In this document: piece by piece, positions 35,145-44,374 of the stretch
Numbering within the stretch: the stretch's first letter is position 1
How the letters are laid out: every line of letters begins with the position of its first letter
Source: Candidatus Methylomirabilia bacterium
Lineage (GTDB): Bacteria > Methylomirabilota > Methylomirabilia > Rokubacteriales > CSP1-6
Length of the DNA stretch: 64,000 nucleotides
Direction: 5' to 3'
Assembly: GCA_046758965.1 (NCBI GenBank)
Contig: JBHIBG010000002.1
Span: 76,612-140,611 of the forward strand
Position numbers and translations under genes: made by a program
Notes under the pieces: model-generated
Databases searched by the model: none
The model's input: the letters and a program-made list of their open reading frames with translations, nothing else
What the model was told of the DNA's origin: nothing

Positions 35145-37058
35145 ATGGGCCTGATAGACGTTCTTATCGTCCTCGCCTTTATCATTTACGCGATCAGTTC
35201 GGGTTTCAGGAACAAGGGTCAGGCCTCCAAGAACCTACACGAATATTTTCTCGCCGGTCGCAGTCTTCCAGGATGGAAGGCAGGACTAAGCATGGCTGCC
35301 ACCCAGTTTGCCGCGGACACTCCCCTGTTGGTGACGGGGCTCATTGCGACGGCTGGGATTTTCGCTCTCTGGCAACTTTGGATATTCGCCTTAGCGTTCC
35401 TGCTAATGGGATTTGTCTTAGCCTCGAGTTGGCGGCGGGCCGGAGTGCTGACTGATGCGGAACTGACCGAAGTGCGCTATGGGAGAGCTTCCGCGGCCGT
35501 GCTTCGGGGAGTAAAGGCCATTTACTTCGGGACTATTTTCAACTGTACCGTTCTTGCCTGGGTCTTATTCGCCGCGGCGAAGATCGCCGAGCCCTTTCTG
35601 CTCTGGGATCTGTGGCTGCCGCCGAGCGTCTTCCAGCCTGTCCTCCATTTTGTGCAATGGGTGGGAGTTCCCCTGACTGTTGGGGCACCGGATGATCCAG
35701 GAGTGTGGATCAACACAGCGAATAATTTCATCTCGATTATCATGATCGTCACGGTGACAACCTTTTACTCCGCCACGGGGGGATTGAGAAGCGTTGTCGC
35801 CACCGATGTCGTCCAGATTACCATCATGCTGCTTGGGACACTGGCCTTTACGATTATCGTTGTCAACGAGGTCGGCGGCCTGACGGCGATAAGGGATCAG
35901 ATCTACGAGAAATTCGCCTCAGGAGGCCCGGGTGGGATCCTGCCCGATCAAATCTTAGCCTTCACCCCGGACCGCGCCAAACATCTCTCGCTCGCCCTGC
36001 TCTTCCTCTTCGCCCTGCAGTGGATCATCAACCTCAACTCGGATGGCACAGGGTATCTCGCTCAGCGGTCAATGGCCTGCCGCAGCGAGAAGGACGCCAA
36101 GATTGCGGCTATTGTTTTCACCTTTGCGCAGGTGTTATTCAGGAGCCTCTTGTGGCTACCTCTGGGCTTAGGGCTCCTGATCCTCTTCCCTCCAGATCCC
36201 CATCTCGCGCAGGAGTTCATGCAGGCCGATCGAGAGGCGACCTATGTGAGGGGGATGGCGGAGCTGTTGCCCCCGGGGGTGATGGGCTTGATGTTGACGG
36301 CGATGTTGGCGGCGCTCGCCTCCACCGTCGACACTCATCTCAACTGGGGCTCCTCGTATTGGACCAACGATATTTATAAGAGGTTTATTTGCCAGGCGTG
36401 GTTGAAGACAGAACCGAGCGACCGCTCCGTAGTGTGGGTCGCCCGTGGCGCCAATATGCTGATTCTCATCATCGCTCTGGTTATTATGACTCAACTGACC
36501 TCCATCAACGAGGCCTGGCAGATGAGCCTTCTCTTGGGCGCCGGAATGGGAGTCGGTCTCATTCTGCGCTGGCTCTGGTGGCGGATGAATGCCTGGGCGG
36601 AGATTACCGCGATCTTGGTGTCCCTGATAATTGCACCGATTCTGATAGTCTATGTGGACGATCAGCATCAGGCTTTGAGGTTATTGATCATGGCTGTGGT
36701 GTCGACCATAGCAGCTCTGGTCGCCATTCGAGCGGCTGGCCCGGAAGATCGTGATCGGCTGATTGCATTTTACAGAAAAGTAAATCCGGTCGGCTTCTGG
36801 GGGCCCATTGCGAAAGCGGCCGGGGTTCGGGACGATGAGGGGCCTCGTCGGCTGTGGCGCTCCGTAGGAGCTATGATGACCTGTGGGCTTTCCGTGTTTT
36901 GTCTGCTTGTAGGAATCGGCACATGGCTGACAGGGAGTCCAGCTCCTTCTTGGTTTCCGTGGCAAACTCTGTGGATTATCGTTCTCATCCTCTCGGGATT
37001 GGCCTTCTGCCCGCTATGGTACTGGTTGGGATTTAAGGAAAGGAAGGTCACCTTCTAG
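35145..37058 (+). CDS. sodium:solute symporter family protein
   Basis: YFLAGRSLPGW, ATQFAADTP, GGLRSVVATD, GYLAQR; many TM helices. Confidence 0.92.
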   Translation: MGLIDVLIVLAFIIYAISSGFRNKGQASKNLHEYFLAGRSLPGWKAGLSMAATQFAADTPLLVTGLIATAGIFALWQLWIFALAFLLMGFVLASSWRRAGVLTDAELTEVRYGRASAAVLRGVKAIYFGTIFNCTVLAWVLFAAAKIAEPFLLWDLWLPPSVFQPVLHFVQWVGVPLTVGAPDDPGVWINTANNFISIIMIVTVTTFYSATGGLRSVVATDVVQITIMLLGTLAFTIIVVNEVGGLTAIRDQIYEKFASGGPGGILPDQILAFTPDRAKHLSLALLFLFALQWIINLNSDGTGYLAQRSMACRSEKDAKIAAIVFTFAQVLFRSLLWLPLGLGLLILFPPDPHLAQEFMQADREATYVRGMAELLPPGVMGLMLTAMLAALASTVDTHLNWGSSYWTNDIYKRFICQAWLKTEPSDRSVVWVARGANMLILIIALVIMTQLTSINEAWQMSLLLGAGMGVGLILRWLWWRMNAWAEITAILVSLIIAPILIVYVDDQHQALRLLIMAVVSTIAALVAIRAAGPEDRDRLIAFYRKVNPVGFWGPIAKAAGVRDDEGPRRLWRSVGAMMTCGLSVFCLLVGIGTWLTGSPAPSWFPWQTLWIIVLILSGLAFCPLWYWLGFKERKVTF

Positions 37059-37349
37059 CTGAGCCCTGCCGGCTCTGCCGCAGGGGGGTGCAGACCGCGA
37101 CTGCTCCCGTATCCGTACAAGCTGCATACCCTCCTGCATCACCGAGCCTTCGCTTATGACACGACATCGCGACGTCCAGCCCCGAGGAGGTCCGTGTGCT
37201 CATGTGCGAGCGATCCCGGGAGCGCGAAGCCGCAGGGGCGGTGGTGGACTGGTGATGCGCCTGCCTGCTCCGGCAAGGTGACAGGAGGCCGGGGTTACAA
37301 CACACCGGGCGATGGCGTGAACGATGCGCTCTCGAGGGCCTGAGCACCC

Positions 37350-37391
37350 ACTGACAACATTGCACGGCCGCTCGGACAAAGTGACTTGAAG
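37350..37391 (+). promoter_or_regulatory. conserved upstream element (putative enhancer), divergent copy D
   Basis: ACTGACAACATTGCACGGCCGCTCGGACAAAGTGACTTGAAG; same blocks as other copies with a 2-nt longer spacer. Confidence 0.6.
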
Positions 37392-37506
37392 CCGCAAAGG
37401 CGAGGGGTAGAACCCTTTTCTGCGGCGGAGGGACAAAGGCAAAAAAGCTCAAGCCTCTCAAGGTGATACAAGACGATGAATCAAAAGCCGCGGCCAGCAT
37501 AGGATG

Positions 37507-37520
37507 GGCAGGATTCTTGC
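37507..37520 (+). promoter_or_regulatory. sigma54 -24/-12 promoter (regulon site D)
   Basis: GGCAGGATTCTTGC. Confidence 0.75.
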
Positions 37521-37591
37521 CCTTCTCATTTCCGGACCATTTTCCCAGCTCCGCTGCCGGGGTCAGGGAATCTGTAAAGGACGGCGAAAGA

Positions 37592-37981
37592 GTGGCTTCC
37601 TTGCCAGAAGCCGTGAGGGCCAGACTCGCTCACGCACGGGCGATCCTGGAGAGATTGGGCCGGCGGGTGGACTCCGGACCTACCGCGATGGAATGGCAAA
37701 AGGGGTATGTGAAGGCCCTGGAGGAGATGGGTGATCTGGAAGACGCCCTCTCCGGAATCCTGTTCATCGTGGCGAGACACAGGGTCGCCCTCTACGAATA
37801 TCTGTCCGATCAGGTAGCCAGGCAGACCGGTCTGCCGGTCATCCTGGACCGGCGCCGTGGGGAGCGGCGGCAGCGCATCCGGATGCGTGTGCCGGAGCGG
37901 CGCCGGGCCGACCGCCGACGCCAGCCAGTCAGCGAGGATGACCTCCGCTCCCACGGATTTGTCGTCATCCGCCAGCAGTAG
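37592..37981 (+). CDS. hypothetical: 'WQKGYV' module + Arg-rich DRR/ERR module
   Basis: N-half similar to 12679..13242, C-half similar to 44061..44294. Confidence 0.8.
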   Translation: MASLPEAVRARLAHARAILERLGRRVDSGPTAMEWQKGYVKALEEMGDLEDALSGILFIVARHRVALYEYLSDQVARQTGLPVILDRRRGERRQRIRMRVPERRRADRRRQPVSEDDLRSHGFVVIRQQ

Positions 37982-38058
37982 GCAACGGGCGGCTTATCCG
38001 TTCCCACGAGACATTTTTCACCTCCCGAAGATCACTTGATGATCTGAGTTGGCCGATC

Positions 38059-38586
38059 TCAGCGAGTCCTCTTCTGCCCAACCCCGCGTCGGGGAACCCC
38101 CTTGAGCCGCTTGCGCCGTCTCCAGTCAGCCACGAGTTCGCGGGCTGTCCGGGCGATGCGGCCCAACGGCACCACCGTGCCCTGGAGCTGGCCGCTCGTG
38201 AGTTCCCACGCCTTGTCATCTTCACGGACGCTCACTTGGCCGCTCCGAGAGACCGCAATCCGGAAGCGGGAACCGAGGAGTGCCTGGTAAAGCGGTTTGC
38301 TGCCGAACTTCGCCTCGAGGGCCACCACAGCCTCTCTGAGCCCCTGCAAGCTCAACCCGCGGGCCAGAAGCTGCTGGATGAGTACGGCCACCAAGAGATC
38401 ATCCTGGCTGTAGCGGCGAACCTTCGAACCAGGTCTCCGTCCTGTGACTCCGCGCCTCGGACGCTTCACCTCCGGCCCGGCAATCGAAGGCTCCAGGAGG
38501 CGCTTGACGTGCCAATCGGCGAACCGCCGAACGCTGATGCCCGTAATCGCCGTCGCATCGCCAACCCTAAAGGTTTCGCTCTTCAT
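38059..38586 (-). CDS. MerR-type HTH protein
   Basis: FRVGDATAITGISVRRFADW...RRYSQDDL...LLARGLSLQGLREAV. Confidence 0.75.
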   Translation of the reverse strand: MKSETFRVGDATAITGISVRRFADWHVKRLLEPSIAGPEVKRPRRGVTGRRPGSKVRRYSQDDLLVAVLIQQLLARGLSLQGLREAVVALEAKFGSKPLYQALLGSRFRIAVSRSGQVSVREDDKAWELTSGQLQGTVVPLGRIARTARELVADWRRRKRLKGVPRRGVGQKRTR

Positions 38587-38692
38587 GGTCCCCCCCCCCG
38601 GGCCTGGCGCATCGTTGAGCGAGGGGGGCTGCACAGTCTGGGCAGAACTTCGCCTGTGGCGGGTTCTCCTGCTGGCAGCGGGGACAGTTCAT
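38567..38692 (-). pseudogene. zinc-ribbon stub overlapping the MerR start across a G10 tract
   Basis: MNCPRCQQENPPQAKFCPDCAAPLAQRC; C10 at 38590..38599 on the plus strand. Confidence 0.65.
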
Positions 38693-38790
38693 GCCGGGGT
38701 CTCCCCTCGCCGGGCCGCTAAACGGGCAAAACGCTGCCGCTAGGCTAGCCCTGAGACCCGCCAAGGGTCAAGCCGATGGGCTTCACTGCC

Positions 38791-38819
38791 TTGACAGCCG
38801 GCAGGCAGGGGGATAAGGT
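38791..38819 (+). promoter_or_regulatory. sigma70-type promoter
   Basis: TTGACA-N17-TAAGGT. Confidence 0.5.
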
Positions 38820-38928
38820 CTCATCAACCTCAAGATGGCGAAGCGGCTCGGCCGGGACGTGCCGCGGCCGATACTGTTTCGGGCCGATCGCGTCATGGAG
38901 TAGGAGCGGCTGCAGGAGGAGTAGAGTC

Positions 38929-39336
38929 ATGAAGGTCACTGCCGGGTGGCTTATTCTGTCCCTCATCACGCTCGGAGGATTCAGCGCTGGCCTGGCGGCG
39001 GAGTTCAAGGACAAGGTCAAGGTGGAGATCGAAAGCGTGGGCCTTCATCCCGGGATGCCCCCGGGGATGTACGTCTGCGCCGCGGGCCACCTTCACATCA
39101 AAGGGACCGTGCAGAACCTTGCCGGCGTCGCTCTGGGCCGGATCAAGGTGGCAGGGAAGGCGTTCGGCCCTGACGACAAGCTTCTCGGGACCGCGACCTC
39201 TTCGACCAGGCAGGCGACCGTGAACCCCGGCGAGAAGGCAGAGATCAACCTCGAGTTCCTCACCGTCACCGGGCCGTTGATCCGGCGGGTCAAGAGACAC
39301 GAGGTCACCGTCGTCGAAGCTCTGCCGAGGCATTGA
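38929..39336 (+). CDS. exported FxLYD-like Ig-fold protein
   Basis: Signal peptide; IKGTVQN...AFGPDDKLLG...VNPGEKAE. Confidence 0.65.
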   Translation: MKVTAGWLILSLITLGGFSAGLAAEFKDKVKVEIESVGLHPGMPPGMYVCAAGHLHIKGTVQNLAGVALGRIKVAGKAFGPDDKLLGTATSSTRQATVNPGEKAEINLEFLTVTGPLIRRVKRHEVTVVEALPRH

Positions 39337-39346
39337 CGATTCGGCT

Positions 39347-40288
39347 TCACATCAGGCGAGGGAGGACCAGGCTGCGCAGTGCGAAGAGCAGATTGGCCGG
39401 CCGCTCGGCGAGGCGCCGCATGTACCAGGGGAACCATGCGCTTCCATAGCTGATGAGCACACGTACCTGATATCCTTCCGCCGCCAGGCGCTGCTGGTCC
39501 TCGCGGCGAATCCCGTACAGCATCTGGAACTCGAACGTCCCCTTGGACAGCCCCGCGGCGGCGGCGTGCTCCCGGATCTTCGCGTGGAGCCTCGGGTCGT
39601 GCGTGGCGATTCCCGGCGCCGGGCCGCTTCGGAGGGCGGCGTCGGAAAGCAGCCGGGTTGCGAGGGTGAGGAAATTCGCATCCACGTCCCGCTTGTGGGG
39701 AAATGCGATGTTCGGCGGCTCCCGGTAGGCGCCCTTCACCAGGCGGACCACCGGTGAGAGCGGCAGGAGGGCTTCCAGGTCGCCCGCCGTGCGAAACAGG
39801 TACGCCTGGAGGCATACGCCGGCGTTGGCGTGCCGCGAGCGGACGTGACGGAAGATCTCCAGGGTGGCGTCCGTGTACTCCGAGCTCTCCATGTCGATGC
39901 AGATGAAGTTGCCGAGCTCGGCGGCGCGCTCCACCAGCGCGGTGAGCTCTGCCTCACACGCGTCCCGACTGATGTCGAGCCCGAGCTGGGTGAGCTTGAC
40001 CGAGAGGTGGCTGGGGAGGGAACGGCGCTCGATCTGCTCCAGGGCGGCCAGGTAATGGGCGGTCACCTGCTGAGCCTCCGTCAGCTCGGTCACGTTCTCG
40101 CCGAGATAGGTCAACACCGTGGTGATGCCGGCGTCAGCCAGCGTCCGGGCCGCGGCGAGCGCGGATTCGAGATCCTCGCCGGGCATGAACCGCGAGACGG
40201 CGCGGCGGGCGAAGCGGCGGCGGGTTACCTGGGTGGCGAGCCAGCGGCTCTGCGATCCCTTCAAGAGGGCGCTGCGGAGAATTCCCAT
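39347..40288 (-). CDS. monofunctional proline dehydrogenase
   Basis: SVKLTQLG, IDMES, RLVKGAY, IATHD, FQMLYG, YMRRLAERPAN. Confidence 0.94.
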   Translation of the reverse strand: MGILRSALLKGSQSRWLATQVTRRRFARRAVSRFMPGEDLESALAAARTLADAGITTVLTYLGENVTELTEAQQVTAHYLAALEQIERRSLPSHLSVKLTQLGLDISRDACEAELTALVERAAELGNFICIDMESSEYTDATLEIFRHVRSRHANAGVCLQAYLFRTAGDLEALLPLSPVVRLVKGAYREPPNIAFPHKRDVDANFLTLATRLLSDAALRSGPAPGIATHDPRLHAKIREHAAAAGLSKGTFEFQMLYGIRREDQQRLAAEGYQVRVLISYGSAWFPWYMRRLAERPANLLFALRSLVLPRLM

Positions 40289-40297
40289 GGGCCGGCC

Positions 40298-41107
40298 TCA
40301 GGTTTCGTTCGTCGGGACAAAGTTGCGCTTTTCAACGAAGGCCCGGGGCCCTTGGAGAGTGTCGCGTAGCCCCAGGTTGGTATTCCAGAGCGAACACTCG
40401 AGCCGCAGCCCTTCCTCCAGCGGCATCCCAAGGCCACGGACCAAGGCTTCCTTGTCCGTCCGGAGGGAACTCTGCGGATATGAGCAGATCTGTTCGGCCA
40501 AGGCAGTCGCTTCGTCCATGAGCCGGCCGCGCGACACCACCCGGCTGACGAAGTGGATCTCCCGGGCCTCTTTCGCGTCGAACCAGCGCCCGGTGAGGAT
40601 CAGGTCCAGGGCCACGCCCAGCCCCACGATGTGCGGGAGGCGCTGCGTACGGCCCGATTCGCACCCGACGTTCCAGCGTCGGTTCACGACGCCGAACCTC
40701 GCGTGGTTCGCGGCGATCCGGATATCGCAGGCCATCGCCAGCTCCATTCCACCCGCCAGGCAGTAGCCGTTGATCACCGCGATGATGGGCTTCCAAACAC
40801 TGATCCCCTTTGTGATCCCTCCCAGATTGGGCCCTTCGTAGGCTCGCCGGCGAAGCGCCTCCGGGCTCATCCGGGCTACGCGCCGGACGTAGTCCCTCAG
40901 ATCCGAACCCGCGCAGAAGGAGTTCGTGCCCGCCCCGGTGAGAATCGCGACGTACATCCCGGGATCGTCCCCGAAATCTCGCCAGACCGCCCAGAGGTCA
41001 TGGTCCACCTGCTCGGTCAGGCAGTTCTCCCTCTCCGGGTTGTTGATCGTCACGTAGGCGGTATGCCCGCGCTTCTTATGGATCACGTTCTTGAGCTTGA
41101 GCGCCAT
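40298..41107 (-). CDS. enoyl-CoA hydratase/isomerase family
   Basis: FCAGSDL, KPIIAVINGYCLAGGMELAMACDIR. Confidence 0.92.
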   Translation of the reverse strand: MALKLKNVIHKKRGHTAYVTINNPERENCLTEQVDHDLWAVWRDFGDDPGMYVAILTGAGTNSFCAGSDLRDYVRRVARMSPEALRRRAYEGPNLGGITKGISVWKPIIAVINGYCLAGGMELAMACDIRIAANHARFGVVNRRWNVGCESGRTQRLPHIVGLGVALDLILTGRWFDAKEAREIHFVSRVVSRGRLMDEATALAEQICSYPQSSLRTDKEALVRGLGMPLEEGLRLECSLWNTNLGLRDTLQGPRAFVEKRNFVPTNET

Positions 41108-41279
41108 GGGGCCTCTCCTTTCGTTTCCGAATACGCCTCTTCGGCGCGGCGGGAGTATGCCAGGCCGCTCGCGGCACAGTCAACACTCTTCCTCAGCTCC
41201 AACCACTGATGGCGCACCAGACCGCCGCCTGCAAGCCGGCGTCGTCCACCTTCCGAGGTGGCACGGCCTGAGCAGCGGC

Positions 41280-41320
41280 GACTGACAGTCTGGCACTGGT
41301 TTGGACACCCTGACCGGAAG
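41280..41320 (+). promoter_or_regulatory. conserved 41-bp upstream element (putative enhancer), copy A
   Basis: GACTGACAGTCTGGCACTGGTTTGGACACCCTGACCGGAAG; 36/41 to 45743..45783. Confidence 0.8.
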
Positions 41321-41433
41321 GAGTGGGATCGGGGGTGAATGCCCGGGGGCGCCGGAGGGGAGAACGAGGAAAAGTTCAGCCTCCGCAAGGCGATACGGGG
41401 CGATCAACGAGATACCCGGGTCAGTTCAGGATG

Positions 41434-41447
41434 GGCAGGGTTCTTGC
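41434..41447 (+). promoter_or_regulatory. sigma54 -24/-12 promoter (regulon site A)
   Basis: GGCAGGGTTCTTGC. Confidence 0.75.
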
Positions 41448-41525
41448 TCGTCGTGTAAGGGCCCGCGAGGCCGGGACCGACCGGACCGGCACCAGAGGCA
41501 CGAGTTCAGGGAAGGAGGAGCTGCC

Positions 41526-42458
41526 ATGAAAAGGCCCCTGAAAAGCAGTCTGAGCTTGCTAGCCATGACCCTGTTCTTGGGGTGGGGACCGGGGGTGGGA
41601 CCGGCCGTTGCCGGATCCGACAACCAGATCAACATCCAGGGACAGCCGCTGCCGGCCGATATCGCGAATGTCGTCAACACCCGGTTCGCGAACTCCGACA
41701 CTTCCGGAGTCCAGTTCCGGGAGTTCACCCTGGAGCCCGGCGACGCGGGGCTGTTTCTCACGCCGGATGATCAGAATCTCCTGATTCAGATCGGCGGTAC
41801 GCTCCAAGGGCTCGAAGGGGAGCGGCAGGTAAAGTTTCGGGGCACCGTGAACGGCCAGCGGTTTGAGGCACGGGTCAAGCGGCATGATGATGGAACGCTC
41901 CGCGCCCGGATCGAGGGCATGGACGTGAGTGGCATGACCCCGGAGCAGCTTGTGGAGTTCGCTAGCAGGTTCGACCGCGTACGCATCCGGGGGTTAGGTG
42001 GCCAGCGGTATGAGATCAAGCGGCGGGCGGACGGAACCCTCCGGGCGCGGTTCGAGGGGATGGACCTTAGCGGGATGACCCCGGAGCAGTTTGCACAGTT
42101 CGCGGTCGCCAACGGGTTCGACCGCCTGCGCATCCGGGGTGTAGACGGTCAGCGCTATGAGATCAGGCGCCATGATGACGGAACGCTCCGCGGGCGGATC
42201 GAGCGGCTAAACCTCAGCGAGAGGGACGCGAAGGAGCTTGCGGACTCGCTGCGCGCCAAGGGACTCGACCGGGTACGCATCCGAGGAGTAGATGCCAACG
42301 GAAACCGAGTCCGTGTCGAGTACCGGCGGGATAAGGGCCTCGTGAAGAATGAGATCGAGAGAGACCATCGCGGCCGGGATCGAGAGCGGCATCGGGCAGA
42401 ACGGGAGCGGCATCGGGATCGTGACCGTGACGACCACGGCGGAAGCGGAAGGCATTAA
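41526..42458 (+). CDS. secreted protein with three ~49-aa repeats and an R/D/E/H-rich tail
   Basis: AAGGAGG RBS; signal peptide; repeats GQR(F/Y)E..R..DGTLR.R.E...DR(V/L)RIRG starting 41853, 42000, 42147. Confidence 0.85.
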   Translation: MKRPLKSSLSLLAMTLFLGWGPGVGPAVAGSDNQINIQGQPLPADIANVVNTRFANSDTSGVQFREFTLEPGDAGLFLTPDDQNLLIQIGGTLQGLEGERQVKFRGTVNGQRFEARVKRHDDGTLRARIEGMDVSGMTPEQLVEFASRFDRVRIRGLGGQRYEIKRRADGTLRARFEGMDLSGMTPEQFAQFAVANGFDRLRIRGVDGQRYEIRRHDDGTLRGRIERLNLSERDAKELADSLRAKGLDRVRIRGVDANGNRVRVEYRRDKGLVKNEIERDHRGRDRERHRAERERHRDRDRDDHGGSGRH

Positions 42459-42481
42459 TCAGCGGCTACCTGGGCCAGGGG

Positions 42482-42496
42482 TGGCGGCAATCTTGC
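42482..42496 (+). promoter_or_regulatory. possible sigma54 promoter
   Basis: TGGCGGCAATCTTGC, GG-N10-GC. Confidence 0.45.
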
Positions 42497-42554
42497 TGCC
42501 ACCCCTTTTTTCCGGCGTCCTGAGAAAGCGGCCACGCACAGAAGGGAGAGGAGG

Positions 42555-43400
42555 ATGAAGGCCGGACTGCGCACTTGTACGGCGGGCCTCGTGCTCCTCG
42601 CCTGTCTCGCCTCCCCGGCCGTGGGCTGGGGCCAGGATGCAGAGCGGGAGCGGTGGCGGTTCAGCACGGGGATCGCTTACGAACAGGGGGACTTCGGGAC
42701 CGATGTGACCACGAAAATCGTCGTTGCGCCGTTCTCTCTCCGGTACCTGGGAGATCGGTTTGATCTCGGCCTCACCGTCCCCTTTGTCTATCAGGAGTCA
42801 AGCGCAGCCGTAACCTTGCTCGATGGGAGGCCAGAGCGCATCGAGGAGAAGGACGCCCCAGCCGAACAGGTCACGGAGCGGGTCCCCGGCCTCGGCGACC
42901 TAGTCCTGAAGGGGCGGCTTTACCTCTTTGACGATCCCGGCCTTGAACTCCCTTTTCCTGGCGTCGCCCCCTTCGTCAAGGTCAAATTTCCCACCAGGGT
43001 CGGATTTTCCACCGTGGATCAGGAGGTCGTCCTGGGGACGGGAGAGTTTGACTACGGCTTCGGGCTGGAGCTCGATAAGCGACTCCATGATTTCTTCCTC
43101 TTCGCCGACGCCGGCTATACCTTTATTGGCGAGCCGCCGGGGACCGACCTGCAGGATCGGATCTCTGTGGGGGCTGGTGTGGGATACTCCCCTACCCCGA
43201 ACCTCTCAACAAGTGTCTCGCTGGCATGGAGCCGGTCGGTGGTTGACGGGGCTGACGATCCCGCTGACATCTTCATCGATCTCAGCTGGCGCGTCACCCC
43301 GACCCTCACCTGGACCCCTTTTGCCTCTTTTGGCCTCACCGACGGAAGCCCCGATTTCGGTGTCGGGTTCCAAGTCTCGCGCCGCTTCGGCCGGCGTTAG
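42555..43400 (+). CDS. putative outer-membrane beta-barrel (COG4313-like)
   Basis: Signal peptide; GLGDLVL, VKFPT, LGTGEFDYG; amphipathic strands ending VGFQVSRRF. Confidence 0.72.
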   Translation: MKAGLRTCTAGLVLLACLASPAVGWGQDAERERWRFSTGIAYEQGDFGTDVTTKIVVAPFSLRYLGDRFDLGLTVPFVYQESSAAVTLLDGRPERIEEKDAPAEQVTERVPGLGDLVLKGRLYLFDDPGLELPFPGVAPFVKVKFPTRVGFSTVDQEVVLGTGEFDYGFGLELDKRLHDFFLFADAGYTFIGEPPGTDLQDRISVGAGVGYSPTPNLSTSVSLAWSRSVVDGADDPADIFIDLSWRVTPTLTWTPFASFGLTDGSPDFGVGFQVSRRFGRR

Positions 43401-43448
43401 ATCGGGGGGTCGACGTGGCGCTGCGGCGCGTCATGGTCCGCGCAGGTC

Positions 43449-43925
43449 TCACTCCGGTATGCCATTGCTTCCATTGCCGAGTTCATGGCTGAAGTGCCAG
43501 ACGTTCACATCAAAGCGGACCTCCCCTCCGGTGGGCCGCAGGTGGATCGAGAACGGACGCCTCTGCCATCGGCTCATGCGGCCCCCGTATGTAGTACCGA
43601 AGGCCCGGCTCACCATCTTGCCCCTCTCATCGAGCCCCACGACCTCAAGCGTAACGTTCTGGATCGCATCGATCCGGCTGGCGGTCGCGATTCCCCGGAC
43701 CACCACCTGACCCTCCTTCCGCTCGAGGGTCCAGTGGAGGTCCAAGAAGCGCTGCTCAACATCGTGCCGGGCAAAGTGCTCCGGCGAGCGAGGGGAGAAG
43801 GCGGTGTACTGGACCCCACCACAGCCAGCCAGGAGGCCTGCGAGGGCGACGACCAGCGATCCGGAAAGGGACAGGAGGGGGCGGTTCAGGGGTTGCACCG
43901 GGGTCTTCAGCGTTGGCTCGGTCAT
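43449..43925 (-). CDS. hypothetical lipoprotein
   Basis: LLAGC lipobox; beta-rich domain (VTLEVVGLDERG). Confidence 0.7.
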   Translation of the reverse strand: MTEPTLKTPVQPLNRPLLSLSGSLVVALAGLLAGCGGVQYTAFSPRSPEHFARHDVEQRFLDLHWTLERKEGQVVVRGIATASRIDAIQNVTLEVVGLDERGKMVSRAFGTTYGGRMSRWQRRPFSIHLRPTGGEVRFDVNVWHFSHELGNGSNGIPE

Positions 43926-43946
43926 GCCGGCCCCAGGCCGGCGCGC

Positions 43947-43961
43947 TGGAACGTATTTTGC
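43947..43961 (+). promoter_or_regulatory. possible sigma54 promoter
   Basis: TGGAACGTATTTTGC(A), upstream of 44061. Confidence 0.55.
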
Positions 43962-44060
43962 AGTTTGTTCAAGCCGGTTACAAGTCCGTTTTGGACGGGC
44001 AGGCCGGCGGGAGCGTTTCGGTGTCTAGCAGGCCTCGTTGAGTTGAACGGGGAGGGAAAC

Positions 44061-44294
44061 ATGGCTCGGTTCCAGTTCGTCGTGGCGGGAGGCAACCATC
44101 GCCTCTACAGCTATCTGAAGCAGAAGTTTGCCGGGGAGGACAGCATCAAGATCACCCACGAGCGGCGAGGCAAGGAGGAACGACGGCAGCGCAGCGGGCT
44201 GCATCTGCCGGAGCGGCGTAGAGGCACCCGACGCCGCCAGCGGGTAAATGAGAGTGACCTCCGTTCCTACGGGTTTGTCGTCATCCGCGAGTAG
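44061..44294 (+). CDS. small Arg-rich ERR-module protein
   Basis: GGAGG RBS; paralogous to the C-half of 37592..37981. Confidence 0.78.
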   Translation: MARFQFVVAGGNHRLYSYLKQKFAGEDSIKITHERRGKEERRQRSGLHLPERRRGTRRRQRVNESDLRSYGFVVIRE

Positions 44295-44374
44295 CAAGGG
44301 GCTCGATCTGCTGCCACGCGGGCGCGCCCCCCTCGCCGATTAACCGGGAATCGTCCAGTTGCTCGGAGCGCCCC

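Noticed and set aside
41291..41305. TGGCAC within the 41-bp element as a sigma54 promoter (also 45754)
   Set aside because: The -12 position reads GA, not GC; properly spaced boxes lie downstream
43485..44060. 5' part of the 269-aa ORF 43485..44294
   Set aside because: Antisense to the lipoprotein gene; the real start is ATG 44061 with a GGAGG RBS
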